A DNA stretch of 64,000 bases, taken from IMG/VR virus record IMGVR_UViG_3300027747_001390, positions 1 through 64,000 of that record; one strand, written 5' to 3'. Origin of the DNA: a virus. Numbering within the stretch: the stretch's first letter is position 1; every line of letters starts with the position of its first letter. The notes under the pieces were generated by a model that searched no databases, was not told where the DNA came from, and worked only from the letters and a program-made list of their open reading frames with translations. This document shows positions 37,234 to 46,082 of this stretch, piece by piece. A program made the translations under genes and the position numbers.

Positions 37234-37436
37234 ACACCAGCGAAACCAACGACGACATCGCGTGGCGGCTCCTGCGGGAGGCCCGCTACGCCAAGCCGAG
37301 CCGGAAGGTCGAGGCGTGCCACCGGGCGGCGGCTTGGCTCGACGAGGGGCCGTGCGACGACGCCGGGCTCCTCGACGAGATGCACAAGGAACTGGCGGAG
37401 ATCGAGTCAGCAATTCCAGAGTGGCAAAGGAGGTGA
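37230..37436 (+). CDS. Hypothetical protein
   Basis: GGAGGT RBS. Confidence 0.6.
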   Translation: MNTSETNDDIAWRLLREARYAKPSRKVEACHRAAAWLDEGPCDDAGLLDEMHKELAEIESAIPEWQRR

Positions 37437-37439
37437 CCC

Positions 37440-37682
37440 ATGCACCCCAACATCGAAGCCGCCGTGCGGTGGTCGATCGACGAGTTCGATCGCCGCACGC
37501 GGCTGCTCGAAGAAAACTCGCCCGAGGCGAGAGTTGACTGGATCAACCCGGACTATCGAGTCTCGTGGACCGACGTCTGTGCAAGGTTCTTCGACGACCC
37601 GCCCGTGCGGGACTTCGCTGGACTGCGGATCGATTACGACACGGCATTCAAACAGGAACTCAAGAGGAGGAACAGCAAGTGA
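37440..37682 (+). CDS. Hypothetical protein
   Basis: AGGAGGT RBS. Confidence 0.6.
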   Translation: MHPNIEAAVRWSIDEFDRRTRLLEENSPEARVDWINPDYRVSWTDVCARFFDDPPVRDFAGLRIDYDTAFKQELKRRNSK

Positions 37683-37948
37683 ACACCATCTACACCCCTG
37701 AAGCACTTGAGCGAAGCGTTGCTAAGGGCAAGTACAAGACTTGCCTCTTGCGAGACTTCGGCAAGACCGACACCGACGACGCGTTTGTCTTCGTCTTTCC
37801 GTCGCCAGACTTGATCAACGCCGAGAACGGCGACGGCAACTTCCTCGAAGTCTGGGACTACGCCCGCGACCTGTCGAGCGTCACCACGAGCCGTGGCGAC
37901 ATCGCAACCAACCCCGAGACCGTCATCTACTACACGTGGGAGGACTGA
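37679..37948 (+). CDS. Hypothetical protein
   Basis: GAGGAGG RBS. Confidence 0.6.
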   Translation: MNTIYTPEALERSVAKGKYKTCLLRDFGKTDTDDAFVFVFPSPDLINAENGDGNFLEVWDYARDLSSVTTSRGDIATNPETVIYYTWED

Positions 37949-37950
37949 GC

Positions 37951-38154
37951 ATGAAAAAGTGGAACGTCCGTAGCTGGAAGACTCACGACCGCAGAACCCT
38001 TCGAGGGGCGGTGATCAAGCTCATGGTTCACCACGAGGTGATCGTGGCACAGATCAAGACCGATGCGTTGCGGTTTTTCTTCGAGAAGCACCCGGAGGAC
38101 CGCGACGGGCTGACCGTCACGGCGTCGCCGCTGAAGGTGAGGGCAGGGACATGA
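37951..38154 (+). CDS. Hypothetical protein
   Basis: GGAGG RBS. Confidence 0.55.
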   Translation: MKKWNVRSWKTHDRRTLRGAVIKLMVHHEVIVAQIKTDALRFFFEKHPEDRDGLTVTASPLKVRAGT

Positions 38155-38423
38155 GCAATGAATTCATCACGACTGATCACGCCTACGAAACGCTCGATCT
38201 GCTTCGGCGAAGCATCGAGGACTTGACGTCGATCCGGCGGATTCTCCGCCGGGCACGGCGTCAGGGCAAAGGCGTTCACCCCGGCAAGTGTCGAGACACG
38301 CTCTCGTCGTGCATTGCCGACCTGATCGAGTCTTGCGCTCACCTGTCGCAGGGCGACGACGCTGATCGGATTGCACTGAGCAAGGAACTGGCGACGCGGA
38401 TCATCGAGGAGGACACCAAGTGA
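38151..38423 (+). CDS. Hypothetical protein
   Basis: Coupled. Confidence 0.6.
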   Translation: MSNEFITTDHAYETLDLLRRSIEDLTSIRRILRRARRQGKGVHPGKCRDTLSSCIADLIESCAHLSQGDDADRIALSKELATRIIEEDTK

Positions 38424-38662
38424 GCAACATGACGGGCGACGATCAGCAACTTCTGGACGATTGCGTCAACCACTTGCGAGGCACCATCCACATGAATGCG
38501 AAAGTCGCGCCGCGACTGCGGGTGCCGGTCAGCATCTGCGGCTCAGTACGCACTTGGATGCACAGGCATCTCGTCGGCGTGGGCTTGCTATGGGGCCACG
38601 CTGCCGAGACGAACGAATACGAAAGACTTGTTTCACTGGTCAAGGAAAGGGTCGAGCGATGA
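38420..38662 (+). CDS. Hypothetical protein
   Basis: GGAGG RBS. Confidence 0.55.
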   Translation: MSNMTGDDQQLLDDCVNHLRGTIHMNAKVAPRLRVPVSICGSVRTWMHRHLVGVGLLWGHAAETNEYERLVSLVKERVER

Positions 38663-39033
38663 GCATAATTAGCGACAAGAACGGCAGGCCTGTCTACGTA
38701 AGGCGAAACAACAGGTATGTCGTCTACAGGATCGGCAAGTTCGGAAACTACGAGTGCGACGACGAGCGTACCTACGGCTCAGTTGAAGACGTTCGTGCCG
38801 ACTACCCTGAAGCGGTCAAGCACGTAGACAAGAGAGCAACAAAGGCCAAGAAGCGACACCCAGACACGCACTACAGGCCTTCCGGCAAGGCGGCTCAATG
38901 TCTTGGAACACCCGGATCAACGCTGAGCAATGATCAATGGCTCAACTGCAAGGCGACAAGCGACATCTCGAAGGTGACTTGCAAGGAATGCCTGAAGCAA
39001 GTCCGCACACTCATCAACAGTAGGCTCGAATGA
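38659..39033 (+). CDS. Hypothetical protein with a C-terminal CxxC
   Basis: VTCKECLK. Confidence 0.6.
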   Translation: MSIISDKNGRPVYVRRNNRYVVYRIGKFGNYECDDERTYGSVEDVRADYPEAVKHVDKRATKAKKRHPDTHYRPSGKAAQCLGTPGSTLSNDQWLNCKATSDISKVTCKECLKQVRTLINSRLE

Positions 39034-39332
39034 CACTCCCCCTCTACCCCGGCGCGTCGCCGTGCGTCGGCTCAGGCTATTGCTGCAAGGTGCGGCCGTG
39101 CCCGTTCGGAAAGGGGACGCCGTGCGTGCATCTCAAGCCGGTCGACGGCCTGCGGTACACGTGCGGCATCGCTGAGGAGATCATGACAAAGCCGGGATGG
39201 GAACTGTCGCCAGCGTTCGGCGCGGGCTGCTCATCGACACTCTTCAACGCTGACCGGGCCCGGATAATTCGCTTGGCTCGCGCGACCGGTACGGATACGC
39301 TTTCCACAACCATAGAAGGGATAATCCAGTGA
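39030..39332 (+). CDS. Cys-cluster (Fe-S or Zn) small protein
   Basis: CVGSGYCC...C..C...C...GAGC. Confidence 0.6.
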   Translation: MTLPLYPGASPCVGSGYCCKVRPCPFGKGTPCVHLKPVDGLRYTCGIAEEIMTKPGWELSPAFGAGCSSTLFNADRARIIRLARATGTDTLSTTIEGIIQ

Positions 39333-39721
39333 GAAAAAAACGCACAGTCGCCAAGCAAGTCAACGATCCGCTCAAGTACGTGAGGGAGTTTGCGCCCAGC
39401 CTCACGGTGGCGAGGGCGAGTCTCCTGCCGTTTGAAGACCTGATCGCCTCAGAGTCTGCCGGGCCACAAAACGGCGAATCCGATGAAGCCTACTTCGAGA
39501 TCATGGTTGACACTCACGAGTACGGCCCGGACACGAGAGTCGCGGCTCACGTCACTGCCGAAGACGTGACCATGTCCGTCTACGAGGTTCTGCTCGATGA
39601 GGACGGCGAGCCGGAGAGCGAGTTCGAGATCGACACGTGGAAGTCTTCCCTCGAAGGCCTTTGGGAATGGCTGCGACAACTCCCCCGCCCCGCTCGATCG
39701 TACCGTCGGCGAACTCGTTGA
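39329..39721 (+). CDS. Acidic hypothetical protein
   Basis: Coupled. Confidence 0.6.
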   Translation: MRKKRTVAKQVNDPLKYVREFAPSLTVARASLLPFEDLIASESAGPQNGESDEAYFEIMVDTHEYGPDTRVAAHVTAEDVTMSVYEVLLDEDGEPESEFEIDTWKSSLEGLWEWLRQLPRPARSYRRRTR

Positions 39722-39746
39722 CATTGTTCCTATCTCACGCGATAAT
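39718..39746 (+). promoter_or_regulatory. sigma70-like promoter TTGACA-N17-GATAAT
   Basis: Directly upstream of an HTH gene. Confidence 0.7.
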
Positions 39747-39766
39747 CCAGACAGAAGGAGAACCCT

Positions 39767-40066
39767 ATGTCCAAACCACTTGTTACGCCTCCAGAGATTC
39801 GGCTCGTGCTGACTCGTGAGGCCGCGAAAATCATCGGCTGCTCCATGCGTCAAGTTCGCTCTCTCGCAGAGCGTGGCGTGATCAAGAGTTGGTCGCTAGG
39901 CCCGAAGTCTTCCGCGTATGACATCGAAGAGATCAAGAAGTACAAGACCGAGAAGGAAGCCGGTCGCAAGGCAGGCACCGTTCGAGGTGCCCGTCCGCAG
40001 GGGTACAAGCGAGATGTGATGCCTCACGAGCGGGCGGCGGCAGCGGCAGCGGCAAAGAAGAAATAG
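39767..40066 (+). CDS. Excisionase/MerR-like HTH DNA-binding protein
   Basis: LTREAAKIIGCSMRQVRSLAERGVI; AAGGAG RBS. Confidence 0.75.
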   Translation: MSKPLVTPPEIRLVLTREAAKIIGCSMRQVRSLAERGVIKSWSLGPKSSAYDIEEIKKYKTEKEAGRKAGTVRGARPQGYKRDVMPHERAAAAAAAKKK

Positions 40067-40138
40067 TGTCATAGCAAAAAGCCCTTGTTTTTCAGGGGCT
40101 TTCTGCCTGTTGACAATCGGCCTAGCTTGCCCTATACT
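40066..40138 (+). promoter_or_regulatory. Promoter cassette: GTGTCATAGCA, hairpin (40078-40102), TTGACA-N17-TATACT
   Basis: Spacer ATCGGCCTAGCTTGCCC. Confidence 0.85.
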
Positions 40139-40183
40139 AGGGGCTGAGAGATCGAGACACCGCGAACCAAAGGACGACGAACA

Positions 40184-40582
40184 ATGAAGACCACCAACAG
40201 CAATCAGAAGAACCCAGCCAGCTACCTGCTCGCCGCCACCGTCGGCTGCGGCTTCAACTACCGCACCACGTCCAGCAAGCTCCACCGCGTCGGAAGCAAC
40301 GGCGTCGGCGTTGTCGAAGTGCTGTACGACGCCGTCGCCGTCAGCAAGAACACCGGGCACGTGACGCCGCTGCTGTGCAGCACGAACCGTGCCGAGTGCA
40401 AGCGTGCGGTCGAAACGCACAAAGCTCGCCAATTGGTTCACAGTCTGGAAGCGACGCTTGAGACGTTCCGCAAGTGGCACGCGGACGGAGACACGACCGA
40501 CGCGGAACACGCGGACGCAGTGCGGACGACGGTTCGGCGGATCGCTGACGCCAAGGCGAGGCTCGACAAGCTGAACGGCTGA
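40184..40582 (+). CDS. Hypothetical early protein
   Basis: AAAGGA RBS. Confidence 0.65.
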   Translation: MKTTNSNQKNPASYLLAATVGCGFNYRTTSSKLHRVGSNGVGVVEVLYDAVAVSKNTGHVTPLLCSTNRAECKRAVETHKARQLVHSLEATLETFRKWHADGDTTDAEHADAVRTTVRRIADAKARLDKLNG

Positions 40583-40624
40583 TTTGTACGGATACCACCA
40601 CCCTCAACCAAAGGACAACGAGCA

Positions 40625-40909
40625 ATGGCAACGATCAGCAACTCCGACGGCTCCTGCAAGGTCCGCTCCTGCTTCGTGGACGGCAAGTGGGTGCCTTACG
40701 ACGAGATCATCGCGAAGACGAGCGAGCGGGTCTTGGGCCTGCTCTCCGACGGCCCTAAGACTCGCCGCTACCTAGGCAAGGCAATCGGCAGCAAGGCAGT
40801 GTTTATCGACGCTGCCCTCCGCAGCCTCTCGCGGTCAGGCCGCGCGGTGGCTTCGATCGGCCCAGTCCTGAACTGCCGTCGCGGACGGGTCTGGACGATC
40901 CTCGACTGA
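40625..40909 (+). CDS. Hypothetical protein, possible wHTH
   Basis: VLGLLSDGPKTRRYLG...ALRSL..G. Confidence 0.6.
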   Translation: MATISNSDGSCKVRSCFVDGKWVPYDEIIAKTSERVLGLLSDGPKTRRYLGKAIGSKAVFIDAALRSLSRSGRAVASIGPVLNCRRGRVWTILD

Positions 40910-40952
40910 TTTGTACGGATACAACCACCCCTAGCCAAAGGACGACGAACAG

Positions 40953-41177
40953 ATGAAGCGACTCTGGACAGGCAATACGGTTCGGCAAGAGGTGATCCGG
41001 TTTGCGTCGGTGCGGCGTGACTTCGCCCCCGGCGATGCCGTCGAAGCCGTGTGCGACGGCTGGGAGCGTTGCCCGGTCAACAGCATCAATCATCAGATAG
41101 GCCTTTACGTCCGCGACCTGTCGGACTGTGCTTGGAAGCGGCTGGTTCGGGACGTTAAAAAAGCGCGACGCGGCTGA
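40953..41177 (+). CDS. Hypothetical protein
   Basis: AAAGGA RBS. Confidence 0.6.
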   Translation: MKRLWTGNTVRQEVIRFASVRRDFAPGDAVEAVCDGWERCPVNSINHQIGLYVRDLSDCAWKRLVRDVKKARRG

Positions 41178-41196
41178 TTGTCCGGATACCACCCAA

Positions 41197-41225
41197 TTGA
41201 CAATCCGCCTAGGTTGTCCTATACT
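41197..41225 (+). promoter_or_regulatory. Promoter TTGACA-N17-TATACT
   Basis: Spacer ATCCGCCTAGGTTGTCC; preceded by GTCCGGATAC. Confidence 0.85.
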
Positions 41226-41268
41226 TCACCCAGACGAGAACGACACCAACCGCAAAGGAGCCGACACA

Positions 41269-42189
41269 ATGACCAACATTCGCACCGACGTCCACGCCCC
41301 CTCTTCCGCCGCCTTCGATCCGAGCCTCTACGATTGCTACGGCTGCTGGGACGGTAGCCCTGAATTTGTTTGCGTCGGCTTCGATCCGCTCCAAGAGTAT
41401 CGCGAGCAAATCAAGTCTCTCGTCGCCCGTGGCTACACGTGCGGCAGGGGCTGCAAGGCAGTCTGCGGCCACTGCGGCGCGAACATCCGCTACTTCGCCC
41501 TGCTCGTCCGCGACGACGTCAAGCAGTTCATCCACGTCGGCGAGCAGTGCCTCGACAACCGCTTTCAGGTCGAGACTGCTGCCGAGTTTCAGAATCTCCG
41601 CAAGTCCGCGAAGCTGAACCGCGAGCGGGCTACCCGCGACGAGCGGATCGAGTCCCTCCGCCAGAACCCGGCGATCGCCCGTCTCCTCGACGGCGGAAGG
41701 GACGTCGAGGCCAGCGAGTTCCTCTACGACGTCCGGAGCAAGGCTCTCGAATACGGGCGTCTCAGCGACGGCCAGATCGCAGCCGTGGAGCGGGCCTTCG
41801 CGCAGATTGCCCGCCGGGAGCAGTGGGCGGCGGAGCGGCGTGCGGAAGCTCTCCGTCTGGCTGAGGCTGGCGTCAAGGCACCGGAGGGGCGTGTCGAGGT
41901 GACTGGCGTGGTGCTGTCGGCCAAGGAACACCAGAGCCAGTTCGGCACCGCGATCAAGATCGTGGTCAAGTCGGACGACGGCTGGAAGGTCTGGACGACC
42001 GCCCCGGCGTCGCTGTTGATCAACGTCGATGCCGCAGCCGTGAAGTCTGCCACGACGGTCATCGATGAGGTCCGCGAGGCTCTCGTCGGCAAGCGGATCA
42101 AGTTCGTGGCCGCTCTCACTCGAAGCCCTAGCGACGCCGCCTTCGCCTTCGGCAAGCGGCCCACGAAGGCCTCGTTCGTCGCGGCTTGA
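41269..42189 (+). CDS. Early protein with a Zn ribbon and OB-fold-like C-terminus
   Basis: CGHCG..IRY..VGEQC; YGRLSDGQ; GRVEVTGVV...FAFGKRP. Confidence 0.7.
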   Translation: MTNIRTDVHAPSSAAFDPSLYDCYGCWDGSPEFVCVGFDPLQEYREQIKSLVARGYTCGRGCKAVCGHCGANIRYFALLVRDDVKQFIHVGEQCLDNRFQVETAAEFQNLRKSAKLNRERATRDERIESLRQNPAIARLLDGGRDVEASEFLYDVRSKALEYGRLSDGQIAAVERAFAQIARREQWAAERRAEALRLAEAGVKAPEGRVEVTGVVLSAKEHQSQFGTAIKIVVKSDDGWKVWTTAPASLLINVDAAAVKSATTVIDEVREALVGKRIKFVAALTRSPSDAAFAFGKRPTKASFVAA

Positions 42190-42243
42190 CCAAATTGTCC
42201 GGACTCGTTTACCATCCCACCCCCAACGAAGGAGAGGTCACCG

Positions 42244-42672
42244 ATGAGCTTCACAGCATTCCACTGCACGTGCCAGAAGTGCCGCAAGCGGTTCTGGGCT
42301 TACCCCAACCGCAAGGGTTCGAGCGGCACCTATCCAAAGTTCTGCTCGCGTGCCTGCTACACGGCAGACGTCAAGCAGACGGCGGAGTGCAACCGTCTCA
42401 GGCGAGAGCGGAAAGAGCAGTCGACCGTTCGCGTCCCGGCAGCGTTCTTCGCGGATCACGAGTCGCGAGACTGCGAGCCGTACTGCGAGCCGGTCAAGCG
42501 TGCCGGTCGCTATGTCTGGCTCAAGCTCGACGACCCCGGCCTCGAAGAGTTGCTCAGCGATGCCCGTCACTACGCCGACCCGACGTGGACTCTCGACCCG
42601 TGCTACTTCGGCCTCAAGCGGTCCGCAGTGGCGACGGTCAAGGCGATCGAGGCGGCTCAGGTCAGCAAGTAA
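42244..42672 (+). CDS. Zn-finger hypothetical protein
   Basis: CQKC...KFCSRACY. Confidence 0.65.
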   Translation: MSFTAFHCTCQKCRKRFWAYPNRKGSSGTYPKFCSRACYTADVKQTAECNRLRRERKEQSTVRVPAAFFADHESRDCEPYCEPVKRAGRYVWLKLDDPGLEELLSDARHYADPTWTLDPCYFGLKRSAVATVKAIEAAQVSK

Positions 42673-42698
42673 CACCACCAACAGCAAAGGGGCTACCA

Positions 42699-42953
42699 GT
42701 GAACAGCTACGCAATCATCAACGACACAGCGGTCCTCGATCAGGCTCTGAGCCTGTGCCGGGGCAGCTACCAGCGTGACATCCTCTTGGGTCGCGAGTCT
42801 CTGTCTGGCTCGACGCTCAGGGGCAAGGCCAAGAGTTACGGCGGCAAGTACAAGGCGTCTGCCGCCTCGATCCTGCGGAAGTGCCAGCAGGCCGGTCTCG
42901 CGGTTCGCGAGGAGGCTGGACTGCGGGGCAAGCGGCTCGTGGTCGTCGGTTAG
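42699..42953 (+). CDS. Hypothetical protein
   Basis: ACCA-GTG start; LRGKAKSYGGKY. Confidence 0.6.
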   Translation: MNSYAIINDTAVLDQALSLCRGSYQRDILLGRESLSGSTLRGKAKSYGGKYKASAASILRKCQQAGLAVREEAGLRGKRLVVVG

Positions 42954-42991
42954 TACGGACTCATTCACCCCCAACACCGAAGGAGCTACCA

Positions 42992-43291
42992 GTGAACATC
43001 GTCCTAGACGCCGACACGAGCGACTGCCCCGGAGCGATTTGCAAAGTGCTGGACTCGACCGAGTCTCGCTCGATCCTTGTGCAGCAAGACACCGACGCGC
43101 CGGGCGTGGCTTCGGCTTTCGGATGGTCGCCCCGGTACGTGAGTTCGATCGCTGGGTGCAAGCACCTGACGACTGACGGCACGATCGACTGCCAAGAGTG
43201 CGGAGCGAAGGCGATCCAGTTCATCGAGTCTGCGGTGGAGTTCTTGAACGACAACGACGGGGCCGTCGCGGACGATCCCGGCTACTTCTGA
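42992..43291 (+). CDS. Hypothetical protein
   Basis: AAGGAG RBS; TDGTIDCQECG; DDPGYF. Confidence 0.65.
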   Translation: MNIVLDADTSDCPGAICKVLDSTESRSILVQQDTDAPGVASAFGWSPRYVSSIAGCKHLTTDGTIDCQECGAKAIQFIESAVEFLNDNDGAVADDPGYF

Positions 43292-43305
43292 AAGGTAGGT
43301 GAGCA

Positions 43306-43653
43306 GTGGAGACGATCGACATCGGCAACGCGACGATCCTGCTCGATGCCGTGGACACTGACCGCGATGGGCGGACTGTCTACGGCTACTCGATCCGGAT
43401 CGATGGAGTCGAGCCGACGCATCAGGCTCGCGACTTGAGGAGCGGCTGTCAGGGCGGCACGGAGCGAGAGGGACTTGCGAGTCTCCTGTCGTTCCTGTCG
43501 GCAGCAGCAGAGTCTCGGCAGTACCGGGAGCGGACCGGACGAGAGGGCGACAACGAAGCATTTTTCCCGGCGGAAATCGTTGACTGGGCGTGCCAGTACA
43601 GCGAAGCGATTGCGGTGGCATCACTCGAACTTGAAGGAGGTGACCAGTGTTGA
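43306..43653 (+). CDS. Hypothetical protein
   Basis: DLRSG...LLSFLSAAAES. Confidence 0.65.
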   Translation: METIDIGNATILLDAVDTDRDGRTVYGYSIRIDGVEPTHQARDLRSGCQGGTEREGLASLLSFLSAAAESRQYRERTGREGDNEAFFPAEIVDWACQYSEAIAVASLELEGGDQC

Positions 43654-43901
43654 ATGTGCGAGTCGAACATACGGATACATTTGCCGGAGAGGCCAACTAC
43701 TCATGGGTGAATCGCCACGAGTTCGAGGCTCTCGACAACGCAAGCCGCAGAACACTTGTTCGGCGTGCGAAGGCGGAGTGCGGACTGACGAACGTCCCCT
43801 GTGACGTGACTGAATGGGGGGACGATATCACGATCCAGCCTCGTGGGCTGTGTCAAATCGTCTTCATCACTTGCGAGACGAAGGCGGAGGAAGACCAGTG
43901 A
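43647..43901 (+). CDS. Conserved phage hypothetical protein
   Basis: TDTFAGEANYSWV. Confidence 0.7.
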   Translation: MLNVRVEHTDTFAGEANYSWVNRHEFEALDNASRRTLVRRAKAECGLTNVPCDVTEWGDDITIQPRGLCQIVFITCETKAEEDQ

Positions 43902-44260
43902 GCAAAAACCTGATCCATGTGATTCACCCCTATTGGGATCACGGCAGTCTCATGTTCGACGACCCGAGTGTTGGCCTTGAGAAGGAGCCGTTCGTTGCCG
44001 GTGCTGACATCGCCTTGTCGATGTTGGCATCGGCAGTGAAGGGATGCAAGAAGGAGTTCACGCTTCTCTTCTCGCATCTCGCGTTTCCCGGTCACCAGTT
44101 GAAGGCGACTCGCGGCAAGGCGGAGGCCGGGGGCTACTGGTATCACTGGGAGGCGTTGGGGGTCGATGGGTGGCTGTGCCCGGCGTTGTTCAAGTATTTC
44201 AAGACTGCACCGAAGGCGATCTACGTGCAGATCAAACCGCGACACAAGGGAGCGAAGTAG
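43898..44260 (+). CDS. DUF6717-like protein
   Basis: FDD..VGL.KEPFVAGAD...GWLCPALFKYF..AP..IY. Confidence 0.75.
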   Translation: MSKNLIHVIHPYWDHGSLMFDDPSVGLEKEPFVAGADIALSMLASAVKGCKKEFTLLFSHLAFPGHQLKATRGKAEAGGYWYHWEALGVDGWLCPALFKYFKTAPKAIYVQIKPRHKGAK

Positions 44261-44559
44261 TGAAACTCATCAGGGAAGACACGTATCGTGTGAGTCCACG
44301 AGTGTTGATCACTCGTGGCGATCGATTCACGGCCACGGGAGGGCCGTATTGGAAAACGAGCGACGGCAGCAAGCTGCCGCTCAAGAGTTATGGACCGTAC
44401 ACGTTCCACTCTCACGTGAGGCGTGGTGCGGTTGAGTGGATCGAGTGTCTCGACAAGGACGGAGCGTTCGCCGTGCTGCACATCGCAGGACGCCGGAAGC
44501 GGATCGACGGTTCTCTCGTGGCAAGGCCGTATAAAATCGGTGCCAAAAAAAGAGCTTGA
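44260..44559 (+). CDS. Hypothetical protein
   Basis: TAGTG overlap. Confidence 0.55.
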   Translation: MKLIREDTYRVSPRVLITRGDRFTATGGPYWKTSDGSKLPLKSYGPYTFHSHVRRGAVEWIECLDKDGAFAVLHIAGRRKRIDGSLVARPYKIGAKKRA

Positions 44560-44583
44560 CCTTACGGCCTAGGTAGGTATGAT
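44556..44583 (+). promoter_or_regulatory. Promoter TTGACC-N16-TATGAT with GGCCTAGGT spacer
   Basis: Same CCTAGG spacer core as the other cassettes. Confidence 0.65.
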
Positions 44584-44625
44584 TCGTCAACTGGTTTCAA
44601 TCACGTTTGAATAAGGAGCAGACAC

Positions 44626-45354
44626 ATGACCCTGATTCTTCATTGCGGTGCAACGAGTGCCAGCCGGGAAGAGGTAGACGCCGTCGTCACCCCGGAAGGT
44701 ACGGATACATGGACTCCGATCCGTCACGGCGAGATTGCCGATGCCGTCGAGCAATCGCTCATCGGCACGGGACTCTCTCCGAAGTCGGCGGACTACGGGC
44801 TGACAAAGGACGGTGCGAGGCTTTTTGGGCTGTACACCCTCGCGGGTGAGCATCCCGACTACGCCCTGACGGTTGGATTCAGAAACTCGCACGACAAGAG
44901 TTTCGCGGCGAGTGTGTGCTGTGGTTCGAGAGTGTTCGTGTGCGACAACCTCTGCTTCAGCGGAGAGGTGACGATCTCGTCGAAGCACACGAAGCATCTG
45001 CGGTCTCGCTTGACTCGGATCGTGTCCGAGGCTGTCGAGAAGCTGACAGTCAAGCGTCAGCTTGTCGAGCGTCGGATCGCTCTCTACAAGGAGACGGAGG
45101 TCTCGTCTCAGGCTCACCTCCACGACCTTGTTCTCAGGTCGTTCCGGGCCGATGCGATCCCCGCGCAGGCGATCTCGAAGGTCATCGCTGAGTTCGAGGC
45201 TCCGCGTCACCCTGAGTTCCGCGACTGGACCCTCTGGAGCTTGTCCAACGCCTTCACCGAGGTGCTGAAGGGCTACGGTGAGATCGAGCGTCGGACCATC
45301 CGGCTCAACGGCGTCCTCGACACTGAGATCGGCGACAAGCTCCTCGCGGTTTAG
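44626..45354 (+). CDS. DUF932-family protein
   Basis: RNSHDKS, RVFVCDN, KHT, TLWSL.NAFTE. Confidence 0.8.
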   Translation: MTLILHCGATSASREEVDAVVTPEGTDTWTPIRHGEIADAVEQSLIGTGLSPKSADYGLTKDGARLFGLYTLAGEHPDYALTVGFRNSHDKSFAASVCCGSRVFVCDNLCFSGEVTISSKHTKHLRSRLTRIVSEAVEKLTVKRQLVERRIALYKETEVSSQAHLHDLVLRSFRADAIPAQAISKVIAEFEAPRHPEFRDWTLWSLSNAFTEVLKGYGEIERRTIRLNGVLDTEIGDKLLAV

Positions 45355-45419
45355 TATGGAAGTGTTCACCCGGCGGGCGGCACTTCGCCCCCGCCGGGCA
45401 CCATCACGGAGGGACAATC

Positions 45420-45749
45420 ATGGCTCGACGAGACCCCAAATTGACCTACCAGAATTTCGGCAAGTTCCGCCATACGTGGATTCACGAGGCGGACCGGATT
45501 TTCAGCGAATGCGACGAGTTCGTCGCTCAGCCGCCGTCCGTCAGTCCGCAGTCTGCTCGCCACTGGAGACGTGCTGCAAAGCTCTACGAGCGGTCCGCAG
45601 ACTTCTACAGGCGTGCCGGGCTGGGCATCAAAGCGATCGAGAGTTGGAAGTCGGCCGAGAGGTGCTACGCAGCACTCGACATGACCGACGATCAGGAGCG
45701 TTGCAGGCTCAAGAGTGTTTCTATCCCTGTTTACTACGAGGAGGATTGA
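45420..45749 (+). CDS. Hypothetical helical protein
   Basis: GGAGG RBS. Confidence 0.6.
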   Translation: MARRDPKLTYQNFGKFRHTWIHEADRIFSECDEFVAQPPSVSPQSARHWRRAAKLYERSADFYRRAGLGIKAIESWKSAERCYAALDMTDDQERCRLKSVSIPVYYEED

Positions 45750-45753
45750 AGAC

Positions 45754-46047
45754 ATGGAAGTTGGACAGGTGGTCTACACGGCGACTGTGTTCCCCGGCGA
45801 CAAGCCTTGGGTGCATTTCGCCACAAGAACGATCTCGGCAGTGCTGCCGACAGGCTATGTCGTCGATGCAAAGGGGCACCCGACGGTGGTCATGAAGGCA
45901 GACGACTTGCACGCGACTCAGGCTGATGCGGCTGCTCGTGCCGTCGACAGGCTCAGGGGCGAAATGGCGAAGATTATCGAAACCTATCTCAAGCAGATTC
46001 AGGCCGTCGAGAAAAATGGCTTGCAGGACTCAGGTCTGCCGGTATAG
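45754..46047 (+). CDS. Hypothetical protein
   Basis: GAGGAGG RBS. Confidence 0.6.
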   Translation: MEVGQVVYTATVFPGDKPWVHFATRTISAVLPTGYVVDAKGHPTVVMKADDLHATQADAAARAVDRLRGEMAKIIETYLKQIQAVEKNGLQDSGLPV

Positions 46048-46082
46048 TCTCGGATCACTAACCAAAGTACGGATACACAGAC

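Noticed and set aside
28635-44583. Early-region repeats as a CRISPR array or integron attC cassettes
   Set aside because: Spacing is irregular and gene-sized, the repeats are promoter-like, no cas genes or attC-like GTTRRRY dyads were seen, and the integrase looks like an ordinary phage type
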